Positions 1 to 8,706 of a DNA stretch of 64,000 nucleotides are shown here, piece by piece. Numbering within the stretch: position 1 is the first letter of the stretch; the number at the start of each line of letters is the position of its first letter. The translations under genes were made by a program, and so were the position numbers. The stretch lies in assembly GCA_963771465.1 (NCBI GenBank), contig CAVYTU010000008.1, forward strand, positions 64,001 through 128,000, given 5' to 3'. The notes under the pieces are model-generated. The model did no database searches. It was not told the origin of the DNA and worked only from the letters and a program-made list of their open reading frames with translations. This DNA comes from an uncultured delta proteobacterium. Lineage in GTDB: Bacteria > Desulfobacterota > Binatia > UBA9968.

Positions 1-350
1 TCGCGGTTTGGAGCGGCGCGTACAATCTCGTCGATGACATCTTCGATTACTATCCGCCGATCCAAGACCGGCTGCGCTGGCTCATGGGCGCGAAAGATTT
101 AAAAGCGGCACGAGAGAAGATAAAGGAGTTTACTCTCATCGGCCGCGCTGAAAAGATCGAATGTCCGCTCCTGGTCGGCTACAGCATCGACGACCGGGTC
201 ATGGACCCGCGCGGCGCGCTCAACCTCTACAACAACGCCGTCAACTCCCCCGACCGCACCATGGTCGACGGCGTCGGCCACGGGCAAAAGAGATTTGACC
301 GGCGCACGTACATCGCCGATTGGTTCATGAAGCAACTGCAAGCGGGATAA
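1..350 (+). CDS. Alpha/beta hydrolase, C-terminal part (truncated by window edge); resembles FrsA/2,6-dihydroxypseudooxynicotine hydrolase-type esterases
   Basis: Frame open from position 3 (AVWSGAYNLVDDIFDYYPPIQDRLRWLMG...); CPLLVGYSIDD (acid) and GVGHG (His) motifs. Confidence 0.65.
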   Translation, partial: AVWSGAYNLVDDIFDYYPPIQDRLRWLMGAKDLKAAREKIKEFTLIGRAEKIECPLLVGYSIDDRVMDPRGALNLYNNAVNSPDRTMVDGVGHGQKRFDRRTYIADWFMKQLQAG

Positions 351-386
351 ATGGCATGCTGGCAGAGGCAATAGTCGGAGGTCCAA

Positions 387-1217
387 ATGTCCATCGCACA
401 ATCGCTCGATCATTTCGTCGTACCCGTCGATGACCTGGTGGTTGCCGAAGAATTTTATACTCAGGTCTTCGACGGGGAGATTACCAAGCGTAATGGCTTG
501 AATACGCGCCAGCGCAAGCGCGGCGCGGTGCCCCACACGTTTGTTCAGATCGGCGGCAAACGCATGGGTGTGTATCTCCAGAGCGAACTCCGGCCGCAGC
601 CGCCGAGCCCGCGCGGCTTGCCGACTTACTCCTTCACGACCACTGAACGTGGGCTCGAAGAAGTTGCGACGGAGCTAAAACAGCTCGGAGTGAACTTCGA
701 GGGGCCAGTACGTCATGCGCATCGCTTCGCCAACAAGTCGCTATTCTTCACCGATCCGGCGGGAAATCACTATTGCGTTTACACCCTGACGGCATCGCCT
801 GAAGCTTCAGAGAATTCTCGTCGGCGCATGACGGCGGTCGGCTATCTTGAGCTTGAAGCGCCTGACGTGGACGCGTCCAGCGCATTTTATCGAAACGTAC
901 TAGGCTTCGAAGTGCAGGATCAGAGCAGCGACCGCAAACAGGCGACACTGAAAATGGCGAGTGGCCAGACTTTAATATTGACCGAAGCGCCGTTTGCGTC
1001 GAAAGGCCTGGTGATGAGCCGCAAAGTGCCCGGACCGCATATCGCATTCTATGTTCCCGGCGCGAACTGGCCCGTCGCGATCGCGCATCTCGAGAAACTT
1101 GGAATAGAGAATGGCGACCGCGGCGCGGCCAAAGAGCGCGTCGAAGGTCAAGGCGGAACGTATATGGACGATCCGGCGGGCTACGTGATCCAATTCATCA
1201 CCGACGGCATGGAGTAG
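387..1217 (+). CDS. Two-domain VOC/glyoxalase family protein
   Basis: LDHFVVPVDDL..AEEFY, FFTDPAGN and second YMDDPAGY motif; GGAGG RBS. Confidence 0.8.
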   Translation: MSIAQSLDHFVVPVDDLVVAEEFYTQVFDGEITKRNGLNTRQRKRGAVPHTFVQIGGKRMGVYLQSELRPQPPSPRGLPTYSFTTTERGLEEVATELKQLGVNFEGPVRHAHRFANKSLFFTDPAGNHYCVYTLTASPEASENSRRRMTAVGYLELEAPDVDASSAFYRNVLGFEVQDQSSDRKQATLKMASGQTLILTEAPFASKGLVMSRKVPGPHIAFYVPGANWPVAIAHLEKLGIENGDRGAAKERVEGQGGTYMDDPAGYVIQFITDGME

Positions 1218-1227
1218 TTGAAAATCA

Positions 1228-2070
1228 ATGACCGATCAACAAAAGCGCGCGCGGCTACGCGAAATCTTATCCGACCCGAAAGGCGCCATCGCGCCTGGCG
1301 TCACCGACGCGCTGTTTGCCCGCCTGGTGCAAGACTGCGGCTACGCCGCCGCGCATCTTTCCGGCAACGCCATCCACAAAAACTTTTGCCTACCTGACCG
1401 CAATCTCCTGACGACAACGCAAATCGCTCAACGCATCGGACAAATTTCAGAAGCGACGGATATTCCGCTGATCGTTGACGGCGGGTCGATTTGCGCCGAT
1501 AGTATCGCGCTGACGAGAGCGGTGAAGCTCTACGAACGCGCCGGCGCAGCCGCGGTGCGCTTCGAGGACGCGCTGGTGAATGAGTATGGCGCCGCTCCCG
1601 AAGAGCTCGCCATCGCGCCGATATCCGTGGTTGTCGATCAGATCAAAGCCGCCGTCGACGCTCGGCGCGATCCGTCGTTGGTCCTGATTGCGCGTTGCGA
1701 TTCACGTCCCAAAGAATCTCTGAATCAGGTTCATGAACGCTTGGCAGCATACGCGGAAGCCGGCGCGGATGCCGTCGGCGTCCAGCTGACCGATGTCGAA
1801 GACTTTCGCCAGATCGGCGCCAGCGCGCCAGCGCCGTTGGTAACCTTGTGGCCTAAAGCGAACCTAAGCGCGTCTGAGTTTTTCGCCATGGGTTTTCGCA
1901 TCGCGCTCACGCCGTCGAGCATTCCTCTCGCGGCCACGACCGCAGCGCGGGAAATGCTGATCGAGTTACAGCACAACGGCAACGACCGCGCCTACTTCGC
2001 CAAACAAAAAGAATTTGCCGCGACAGAAAGTTGGTACAAGCAGCTCGGCACCAAGCGAAAACAAATCTAG
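1228..2070 (+). CDS. Isocitrate lyase/PEP mutase family protein (atypical active site)
   Basis: APGVTDALFARL, IPLIVD, ERAGAAAVRFED, LIARCD, AYAEAGAD motifs. Confidence 0.8.
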   Translation: MTDQQKRARLREILSDPKGAIAPGVTDALFARLVQDCGYAAAHLSGNAIHKNFCLPDRNLLTTTQIAQRIGQISEATDIPLIVDGGSICADSIALTRAVKLYERAGAAAVRFEDALVNEYGAAPEELAIAPISVVVDQIKAAVDARRDPSLVLIARCDSRPKESLNQVHERLAAYAEAGADAVGVQLTDVEDFRQIGASAPAPLVTLWPKANLSASEFFAMGFRIALTPSSIPLAATTAAREMLIELQHNGNDRAYFAKQKEFAATESWYKQLGTKRKQI

Positions 2071-2082
2071 CTGGGAGAATCG

Positions 2083-2583
2083 ATGTTAAAAGAGCTCGCA
2101 TTAACGAATGCCTACCGCGTCACGCCCACCGGTCTTTATTTGATTTCCACCGCCTATCAAGGTAAACGCAACGTCCAGTTCGCCTTCCGTGCCCTCGGCC
2201 TGGCGGTTGATCCACCGTTGCTTGTCATCGGTATCCAAGCTGACAATTACAGCCGCGAGATCATTGAGCAAAGCGGCGAGTTCGTCGTCAACGTCTGCTC
2301 GCAAAACCAATTGCACGCCGTCGACAAGAGCCGCGATCTGTCGGGACGCAACGTGGAAGATAAGTTTGTCGCACTCGGTCTGCAGACTTTGCCGGCGAAA
2401 CACGTGCAAGCGCCGCTGGTCGCCGGCTGCCACGCCAACGTTGAATGCAGACTGGCCAACACCATGAAGCTCGACGGTTTGTTTTTATTCGTCGGCCAAG
2501 CGCTGGCATCCTACATCGACGACCAAGTCCAACCCGTGGGCCGCCTGGCGGGAAAAACCTTTCGGCTCGATGAACCGATTTGA
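2083..2583 (+). CDS. Flavin reductase-like FMN-binding protein
   Basis: PPLLVIGI, SGEFVVNV, SGRNVEDKF, APLVAGCHANVEC motifs. Confidence 0.85.
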   Translation: MLKELALTNAYRVTPTGLYLISTAYQGKRNVQFAFRALGLAVDPPLLVIGIQADNYSREIIEQSGEFVVNVCSQNQLHAVDKSRDLSGRNVEDKFVALGLQTLPAKHVQAPLVAGCHANVECRLANTMKLDGLFLFVGQALASYIDDQVQPVGRLAGKTFRLDEPI

Positions 2584-2610
2584 TCCAATCGTTCGTTTAG
2601 GAGGACCGCC

Positions 2611-3684
2611 ATGCTTATGCGCTTGCTGACTTCCTTGCTGTTGGGCGCAATCACAATCGTATTCAGTTTTCATCCGTCGCAGCTTGAAGCCGCCACGCCT
2701 GAAGAAACTCTCGCCAGGATCAATCAACTTGCGCCGGCGGAACGCCAAGCCGCGTTGGTGCGCGAGGCCAAGAACGAACGTACGGCGGTCTGGTATGCGC
2801 CGATGAATCGTGAAAATCTGCGCGAATTCACCAGCGCGTTTGAAGCCGATTATCCATTTCTCAAAGTCGAAATCTTAACCGGCGGCCCGCAGAGCTTGCT
2901 CAACCGGATTATCACCGAACAACGCGCCGGCAAGCACAACTTCGACGTCCTGAACGTGCGCAGCTCGGCACTCTACACGCTTAAAAAGGCCAATGTGGTC
3001 ATGCGCTATGACACGCCCAACCGCCGCGCGCTGCGAGCCGGATTCGCCGACAAGGAAGGATACTTGAACGGCATATGGGCATCGCTGCTGGTTTACCTCT
3101 ACAACGCCAAGCAGGTGTCCCGCGCTCAAGCGCCCAAGTCCATCGACGATCTGTTGCAGCCAAAATGGAAAGGTAAACTCGGCATGGACAAAGACGCTGA
3201 CGACTGGCTCGCGGCGATCATGGATTACTATGGCGATGAAAAGGGCAAACAAATCGCGCGCAGCCTCGGCGCGCAACAGTTGAACATCCGAAAAGGCCGC
3301 ACGTTGGTTTCTCAACTGGTCGCCGCCGGCGAGTTCCCGATCCAGATCGACGCCCACCACCATGAAGCCGTAGCGTTGCGCAAAGCCGGCGCGCCGATCG
3401 ATTATCTTTTTCCCGAGCCCTTCGTGCCGGTCAAAGCGGTGTCGATGTTAGCGTTGTCGTCGCGTCCGCCCCATCCCCATGCCGCGGCGTTGTTGATCGA
3501 CTTCATGCTCTCCAAAAAAGGGCAGGAAATGGCATACCGCCAAAACCGCTGGCCGGCGCATAGAGATCTCGCCACCGGCGGCGCCGACGAAGTCGGCAAC
3601 CGCAAAACGCTCGTCCCAGATTCAGAAAAATGGGGTGTGCGATATGAAGAGCTGGTACAGTTGACAGGATTGCTTGAGCGTTAG
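2611..3684 (+). CDS. ABC transporter extracellular solute-binding protein (Fe3+/polyamine-like family)
   Basis: Signal peptide; APKSIDDLLQPKWKGK and PHPHAAALLIDFMLSKKGQ motifs. Confidence 0.8.
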   Translation: MLMRLLTSLLLGAITIVFSFHPSQLEAATPEETLARINQLAPAERQAALVREAKNERTAVWYAPMNRENLREFTSAFEADYPFLKVEILTGGPQSLLNRIITEQRAGKHNFDVLNVRSSALYTLKKANVVMRYDTPNRRALRAGFADKEGYLNGIWASLLVYLYNAKQVSRAQAPKSIDDLLQPKWKGKLGMDKDADDWLAAIMDYYGDEKGKQIARSLGAQQLNIRKGRTLVSQLVAAGEFPIQIDAHHHEAVALRKAGAPIDYLFPEPFVPVKAVSMLALSSRPPHPHAAALLIDFMLSKKGQEMAYRQNRWPAHRDLATGGADEVGNRKTLVPDSEKWGVRYEELVQLTGLLER

Positions 3685-3852
3685 TTAGGAGAATAGATGC
3701 TGGGCCACGTAATCGAAGCTTAATCGATCGCGACAGCTTCCGCTGGGACAAAATTGCCAATCCTAACTGAATAGTCGTCAAAAACCCCCCGCTTGTTTAG
3801 GAATCTTTGGATATTTACGAGAACCCTAGCGAGTTTCAAGAGGCCTTGAAGG

Positions 3853-3868
3853 TGGTGCTAGATTTGCT
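3853..3868 (+). promoter_or_regulatory. Putative sigma-54 (-24/-12) promoter
   Basis: TGGTGC-TAGAT-TTGCT (GG-N10-GC), about 45 nt upstream of the 3915 ORF. Confidence 0.5.
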
Positions 3869-3914
3869 TTATTTGCATGCATCCCTCAGATAACCGAAGC
3901 GAAAGCGAGCAATA

Positions 3915-4484
3915 ATGAAGCTCAAGAACTCATCTGATTATCAAAGCGTCTTACGAGCCATTGGCCAGGAGATTGAAAAACTTGGCGTGGATTCGGTCTA
4001 CTTAAAGAATTCCGGAAACCGCGAATTCGTAGCTTCCGGCATATATAAAGAAACCGCGGCCGTTTCCACGCTCGAGCCGAGGGTGAAAACATCGTTTCTG
4101 CGTCTCATCATAAACGCAGGCAAAAACAACGCTAAACGAAAACCCGGTCCAGCGCTTCACTTTACGGGAATCCAATTTAGCCAAAATAATATCGATCTAC
4201 TGGACCGAGCAGGCAAAGCGTCACGATCGAGAACGGACGGTAATCCCCAGAACCCCCTCGGCATAGCCCACGTTCTCAGAATGGCCGGAGCGTACCTCGA
4301 TCATAAGGGCAGCCGGTTCTCGCGCCTCCTGTGGCAACACGGAACGCTTACACTTTGGCATACTAACGAAAAGGGCGGCGAAGCGAAGAAAATATTTACG
4401 CCAGAAAACCTGTATGACAATTGGATTCATCACTTCAAAACACGCAAACCATACCGTGCACTGAAGCCAACTGGCAGCGATTAG
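3915..4484 (+). CDS. Hypothetical protein with an internal repeat (VLRAIG / VLRMAG)
   Basis: 189 aa ORF filling the gap between genes; more AT-rich; upstream sigma-54-like motif. Confidence 0.65.
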   Translation: MKLKNSSDYQSVLRAIGQEIEKLGVDSVYLKNSGNREFVASGIYKETAAVSTLEPRVKTSFLRLIINAGKNNAKRKPGPALHFTGIQFSQNNIDLLDRAGKASRSRTDGNPQNPLGIAHVLRMAGAYLDHKGSRFSRLLWQHGTLTLWHTNEKGGEAKKIFTPENLYDNWIHHFKTRKPYRALKPTGSD

Positions 4485-4587
4485 ACATTCTCAACGAAAT
4501 CAGACTCCCGCACTGGATTAGAGAACGGCCGTCTGCTTCAGACGATTCGAGCGGCCAGTCAATACTCCAACACGCCAATCATCGTCT

Positions 4588-5577
4588 TCACATCCGAAAC
4601 GCTTCCTTGACGAATAAACTCTCCAGCGGCAATTCACTCTTCACCAAACCTTGTTCAATTTGATAGCGGTTGAGCGCTTGGATCGATTTTTTATCGGCGT
4701 CCGTAAGCACACCGGCGTACGGATCGTAACCCAACAGATCGCGCTCTTTCGCGTACCCTTCGGCGTCCGCCGGCTTCATATAGTTGACCGCTTTTCGATT
4801 TGCCTCGCGGAACGCCTCGATGAGTTTCGCGGTGAGATCGGGATATTTTTCCACGGTTTCTTCTTTCACCGTCACGATGTGAATGATCGGATAGATTTGC
4901 GTGCGCTTCACGTATCGGAGAATCTCCTCGGTATCTTCGAACAGCGGTTTCACACCGGAGAATTGTCCCATGACGCCCGGCAACGACCCGCCGCCGAACA
5001 AACCGGTGTAACCCGAGTCGCCGGCAACTAACGCCGCACCGAGCTTGCCTTCACTGAGCAAACGCGAGAGGTGCGACTTTTCCTGTCCGAAGGGTGGCGG
5101 CGGGTCAAGCCGCTCGACTTTAACCGGCAACTCGTTGCCGATAAAAACCTCCTGGCCCGAAACGAACCAGCCGACGTCCGTCGTCTTGATGCCATGCTCG
5201 TCGAGCAAATATCCGCGCGCCCAGGATACGGCCGTGGCGCCATAACGGAACGCGCCGATCTGCTTGCCTTTGAGATCCCTCGGATGATTCACTTTGCCGT
5301 CGCAGTGAAAAATATTTCTCTGCCGCGGCCCGCGCTGAAAGAAAACCGGCAACGCCAAAAAACGCTTGCCCTTTTCCTTGGCGCGCATCAGCGTCGCGGT
5401 CGACATCTCGGCAACGTCGAACTCACCCTGGACGAAACGATAATGCATCTCGCCCGGCGTGTACTTATCGCCGACGTATTCAAAGTCGTAGCCATCGAGC
5501 GGAATCAGCCCGTCGATCAATGCGCGATTGCGCGGATTCGGATTAGTCGCGAATGTGATTTTTGGTTTAACAGCCAT
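4588..5577 (-). CDS. 4,5-dihydroxyphthalate decarboxylase-like / PBP2-fold protein
   Basis: RALIDG, GEFDVAEMS, LALPVFFQR, DLKGKQIG, IYPIIHIVTVK, YQIEQGL motifs. Confidence 0.75.
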   Translation of the reverse strand: MAVKPKITFATNPNPRNRALIDGLIPLDGYDFEYVGDKYTPGEMHYRFVQGEFDVAEMSTATLMRAKEKGKRFLALPVFFQRGPRQRNIFHCDGKVNHPRDLKGKQIGAFRYGATAVSWARGYLLDEHGIKTTDVGWFVSGQEVFIGNELPVKVERLDPPPPFGQEKSHLSRLLSEGKLGAALVAGDSGYTGLFGGGSLPGVMGQFSGVKPLFEDTEEILRYVKRTQIYPIIHIVTVKEETVEKYPDLTAKLIEAFREANRKAVNYMKPADAEGYAKERDLLGYDPYAGVLTDADKKSIQALNRYQIEQGLVKSELPLESLFVKEAFRM

Positions 5578-5717
5578 ATCGATTTCCTCCTCATTCCAGT
5601 CGAGTTAGCAAATAAGTTCGCGCTTGGTCATACCGGCGCCAGCCGTTATGCAATGCTTTCGTGGTTACATCAGAAATAAATCTGGATGACGGGTTAACCG
5701 GCATGACGGACCATTCA

Positions 5718-6425
5718 CTACGCCAAATGCTTGTTCAAAAACTCCAACCCGCGCGCCCACGACTCACGATCGGACTCTTCCACGTACCTGTCCGGATGAT
5801 GCGGGTCCATGAACGAGTGCCCGGTGTCTTGGTATACGTAGAAGTCGTGTGCCTTGCCTTGCTTGGTCAGTTCGGCGTCGAGTTTTGCCATGTCTTCCAG
5901 CGTCGGGTTCTGATCGGTCGCGCCGAAGTGGCCTTGGATCGGACAGGATATCTGCGCGGTGCGTTCGAAGGGCGTCGGCCCGTCGCCCCATTGGCGAAAG
6001 CAACTTCCACCATACCAAGTGATCGCCGCTTTGAAATCTTTGCTCGCTGCCGCCATCAGATACGCCACGCGCCCGCCCATGCAAAAGCCGAGTATCGCGA
6101 CCCGCCGGCTGTCGACGAGAGGGTTCGAGCGCAAATGCATCATCGTCGCATTGACGTCGCTAATAATGTTGGTGTCGCGTGCCCGGCCGCGGCGCGTCGG
6201 TCCGTCGTCTTTACAATCCGGCCCATCGCGATGATAAAGATCCGGGCAGATCGCGAAATAGCCATCGCGCGCAAAGCGCTCGGTCATCTCCTCCATGAAC
6301 TTATCCACACCGTACTGATGCTGGATCACCACCACCGCCGGCCGCGGCTCAGCGCCGTCGGGGCAAGCCGAAAATAAATTCATCGCGCTGCCGTCGACTT
6401 TGATCTGCTCACGAATCGTTTTCAC
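5718..6425 (-). CDS. Dienelactone hydrolase family protein
   Basis: GFCMGG nucleophile elbow; GHFGATD; TGHSF. Confidence 0.9.
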   Translation of the reverse strand: MKTIREQIKVDGSAMNLFSACPDGAEPRPAVVVIQHQYGVDKFMEEMTERFARDGYFAICPDLYHRDGPDCKDDGPTRRGRARDTNIISDVNATMMHLRSNPLVDSRRVAILGFCMGGRVAYLMAAASKDFKAAITWYGGSCFRQWGDGPTPFERTAQISCPIQGHFGATDQNPTLEDMAKLDAELTKQGKAHDFYVYQDTGHSFMDPHHPDRYVEESDRESWARGLEFLNKHLA

Positions 6426-6607
6426 AGTTCACCTCGTTTGAGTCTATCTCTCGCTTGTATCCGGATAGGAAGCCCATCGTCAAACGCACGCGAATCAAAG
6501 CCGGGTTGAATCATGTGTAGGCACAATTGCGTGCTTTGCGCGATGCGAGTTCTTTGGCTTTCGCTCAGGAGAAGCTGTGCGGTTAAAAGCTCAATCCGAT
6601 CATACTC

Positions 6608-8392
6608 TCACGCTTGCCGCTGTGCGAAGCTCATCTCCTCGACTAGCGTCGGCAAATACGCCGCGACCAGCGCCGGCGTGCCTTTGCGCACTTGTTCCAG
6701 CGCCAGCTTGAGGGCGGGTGCGACCTGGTCCGGTTCGCTCACCGTCGTACCGAAACAGTTGGCTGCTTCGGCAAGTTTGGCGAAATCCGGCGGCGGATCG
6801 AAAATGCCGCCTTCATAATTTTCCGTGCGTACCGCCACGCCGTTGGGATAAGCGCGCTTGAGCCCGTTGGTACCAGTGGTGTACGACCGGTTGACGAAGA
6901 CCACGGTTAAAAATGGCGCCTTATAATGCGCCGCCGACCACAGCGCGGGCATCGGCGTGCCAAACATGAAATAGCCGTCGCCAGTAGCGAGCACGACATC
7001 ACGATTCGGCGCCGCCAGCTTGGCGCCCAACGCCGCGCCGCTGCCCCAACCGCCCGAAGAACCGCCGCTGGCGAAATAAGTCCCCGCTTGCGAGCGTCCA
7101 TGATGGTCGCAAACGAAACCGGAATTGCTGATCGCGTCATCGAGAAGAATCGTGTCGGGTTGGAGAATTTTTCCCAACTGATAAGCGACCCAGCGCGGAT
7201 GCATGGGCTTGCGCCTTCCCGCCTCCTGGCCCAGCCGCTCGCTCGCCGCTGCCATTTCTTGCTTGCGCGCCGCTAAACGCTCGCGCCGCTCGGCGATGCG
7301 GCTCATATCGCTCTTCGACAAAAGCGCGGTGGCCGCATCGTAGATCGCGTTGGCTGCGGCCGATACCGACACCGGCAACCAGAGGTCGGCTTGAAACTCC
7401 ATCGTCTTATAGTTGGACATCACCGGGTCGGCATCGACCCAAATCGTCTTGCTTCCCGGCTTCGGCGCAGCGTTGGGCGAGATGTAAGGCACCAACGCTT
7501 CGAGCATGAGCGAAACATCGGCATCCTTCACCTCCGGCCCCGTGCCGTAAAGCGCGTGGGTCGTCGGAAAGTTCAAACGGTCCAAACGATCCGCGTCGAC
7601 CAGCGGCAGGGCGAGCAACTCGGCCAATTGTACGATCGCCCCCACTGCTTCGGGGTTACGTCCCGCCGCAGCGGAATAAATGCAAGGATTGCGCGCCTCG
7701 ATCAGCCATTGCGCCGCGCGCTTGGCATCCGCTGGATCGGGCCACGCCGGCCGCGCGACCCCAAGTTCGTCACGGGTCGGAAAATAACTTTTGCCCGGCA
7801 GTTTGAGCATGGCGGTTTCGCGCGGCACGGTGAGATACGCCGGACCTTTTGGTTCGCTCATGGAAATTTGCAGCAGCCGGCTAATCAGCAATCCCGGATT
7901 GTCCTGATGCTCCAGCCGGTGATCGACTTTGGTGTACTGGCGCACGATGCCGCCTTGATCGCGCGGTTCCTGCACCCACTGCACCGGACTATTGCGCGCG
8001 CCGGCCATGGAGCCGGGATAAGCCCGCGGGCCGGTGCCGGCGGTGATCAACACCGGATAGTTGCCGCGCCACGCAGTGTGAATCGCGCCGCCATAATTCA
8101 GCGTACCGACGTCGACATGCACGGCGGTGGCCGCCGGCTGATTGCGCACCATGGCGCTACCCAGTGCCGCATTGAGCGCCACCGCTTCGTGAGTCACGGT
8201 GACCAATTTCGGCGCCGGCCAGCCGCGCTCGTTGGCCTTGGCAATACTTTCCTGCCAAAAGGCGATCTCCGAGCCCGAGACAAAAAATAAATGATCGATG
8301 CCGCCAAGTTTCATCGACTGGACAAGCGCATCAGACCAATCCTCACCCGGATATTCTTTCCAGCGCGCGTCATGTGAAATCAATTCGGCCAT
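6608..8392 (-). CDS. Thiamine diphosphate-dependent enzyme (acetolactate synthase/benzoylformate decarboxylase-like)
   Basis: HEAVA catalytic Glu; TGDGYFMF...VFVN ThDP motif. Confidence 0.88.
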   Translation of the reverse strand: MAELISHDARWKEYPGEDWSDALVQSMKLGGIDHLFFVSGSEIAFWQESIAKANERGWPAPKLVTVTHEAVALNAALGSAMVRNQPAATAVHVDVGTLNYGGAIHTAWRGNYPVLITAGTGPRAYPGSMAGARNSPVQWVQEPRDQGGIVRQYTKVDHRLEHQDNPGLLISRLLQISMSEPKGPAYLTVPRETAMLKLPGKSYFPTRDELGVARPAWPDPADAKRAAQWLIEARNPCIYSAAAGRNPEAVGAIVQLAELLALPLVDADRLDRLNFPTTHALYGTGPEVKDADVSLMLEALVPYISPNAAPKPGSKTIWVDADPVMSNYKTMEFQADLWLPVSVSAAANAIYDAATALLSKSDMSRIAERRERLAARKQEMAAASERLGQEAGRRKPMHPRWVAYQLGKILQPDTILLDDAISNSGFVCDHHGRSQAGTYFASGGSSGGWGSGAALGAKLAAPNRDVVLATGDGYFMFGTPMPALWSAAHYKAPFLTVVFVNRSYTTGTNGLKRAYPNGVAVRTENYEGGIFDPPPDFAKLAEAANCFGTTVSEPDQVAPALKLALEQVRKGTPALVAAYLPTLVEEMSFAQRQA

Positions 8393-8452
8393 CACGATAT
8401 CCTTTCTTTTTTGCGGATAGTCGCCATGGGGTTATCTCCCCGGGTACCGGGC

Positions 8453-8508
8453 TGTCATGCCGAGCGAACGCGAGGGATCTAGGATTTCTCGCTGCGCTCG
8501 AAATGACA
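8453..8508. repeat. REP-like palindrome (TGTCAT.CCGAGCG...CGCTCG.AATGACA)
   Basis: Imperfect inverted repeat in the intergenic space between the two ThDP genes. Confidence 0.65.
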
Positions 8509-8706
8509 CGAGAAGACAAAACACGGCATGATTTTATAAATTGAACTAACCACGAAACGCACGAAGGAATTCCTTTCCTTGTGTGCTTCGTGCCTCTTCT
8601 ATGGTGGAAACCCTTTTTTGCGCCCTTTACATTCTTTGCGGCAAAACCCGCGCAGCCGAAATCTTCCCAAACTGCAACCCTCAAGTACTCCATCACCCCA
8701 TCCCCG

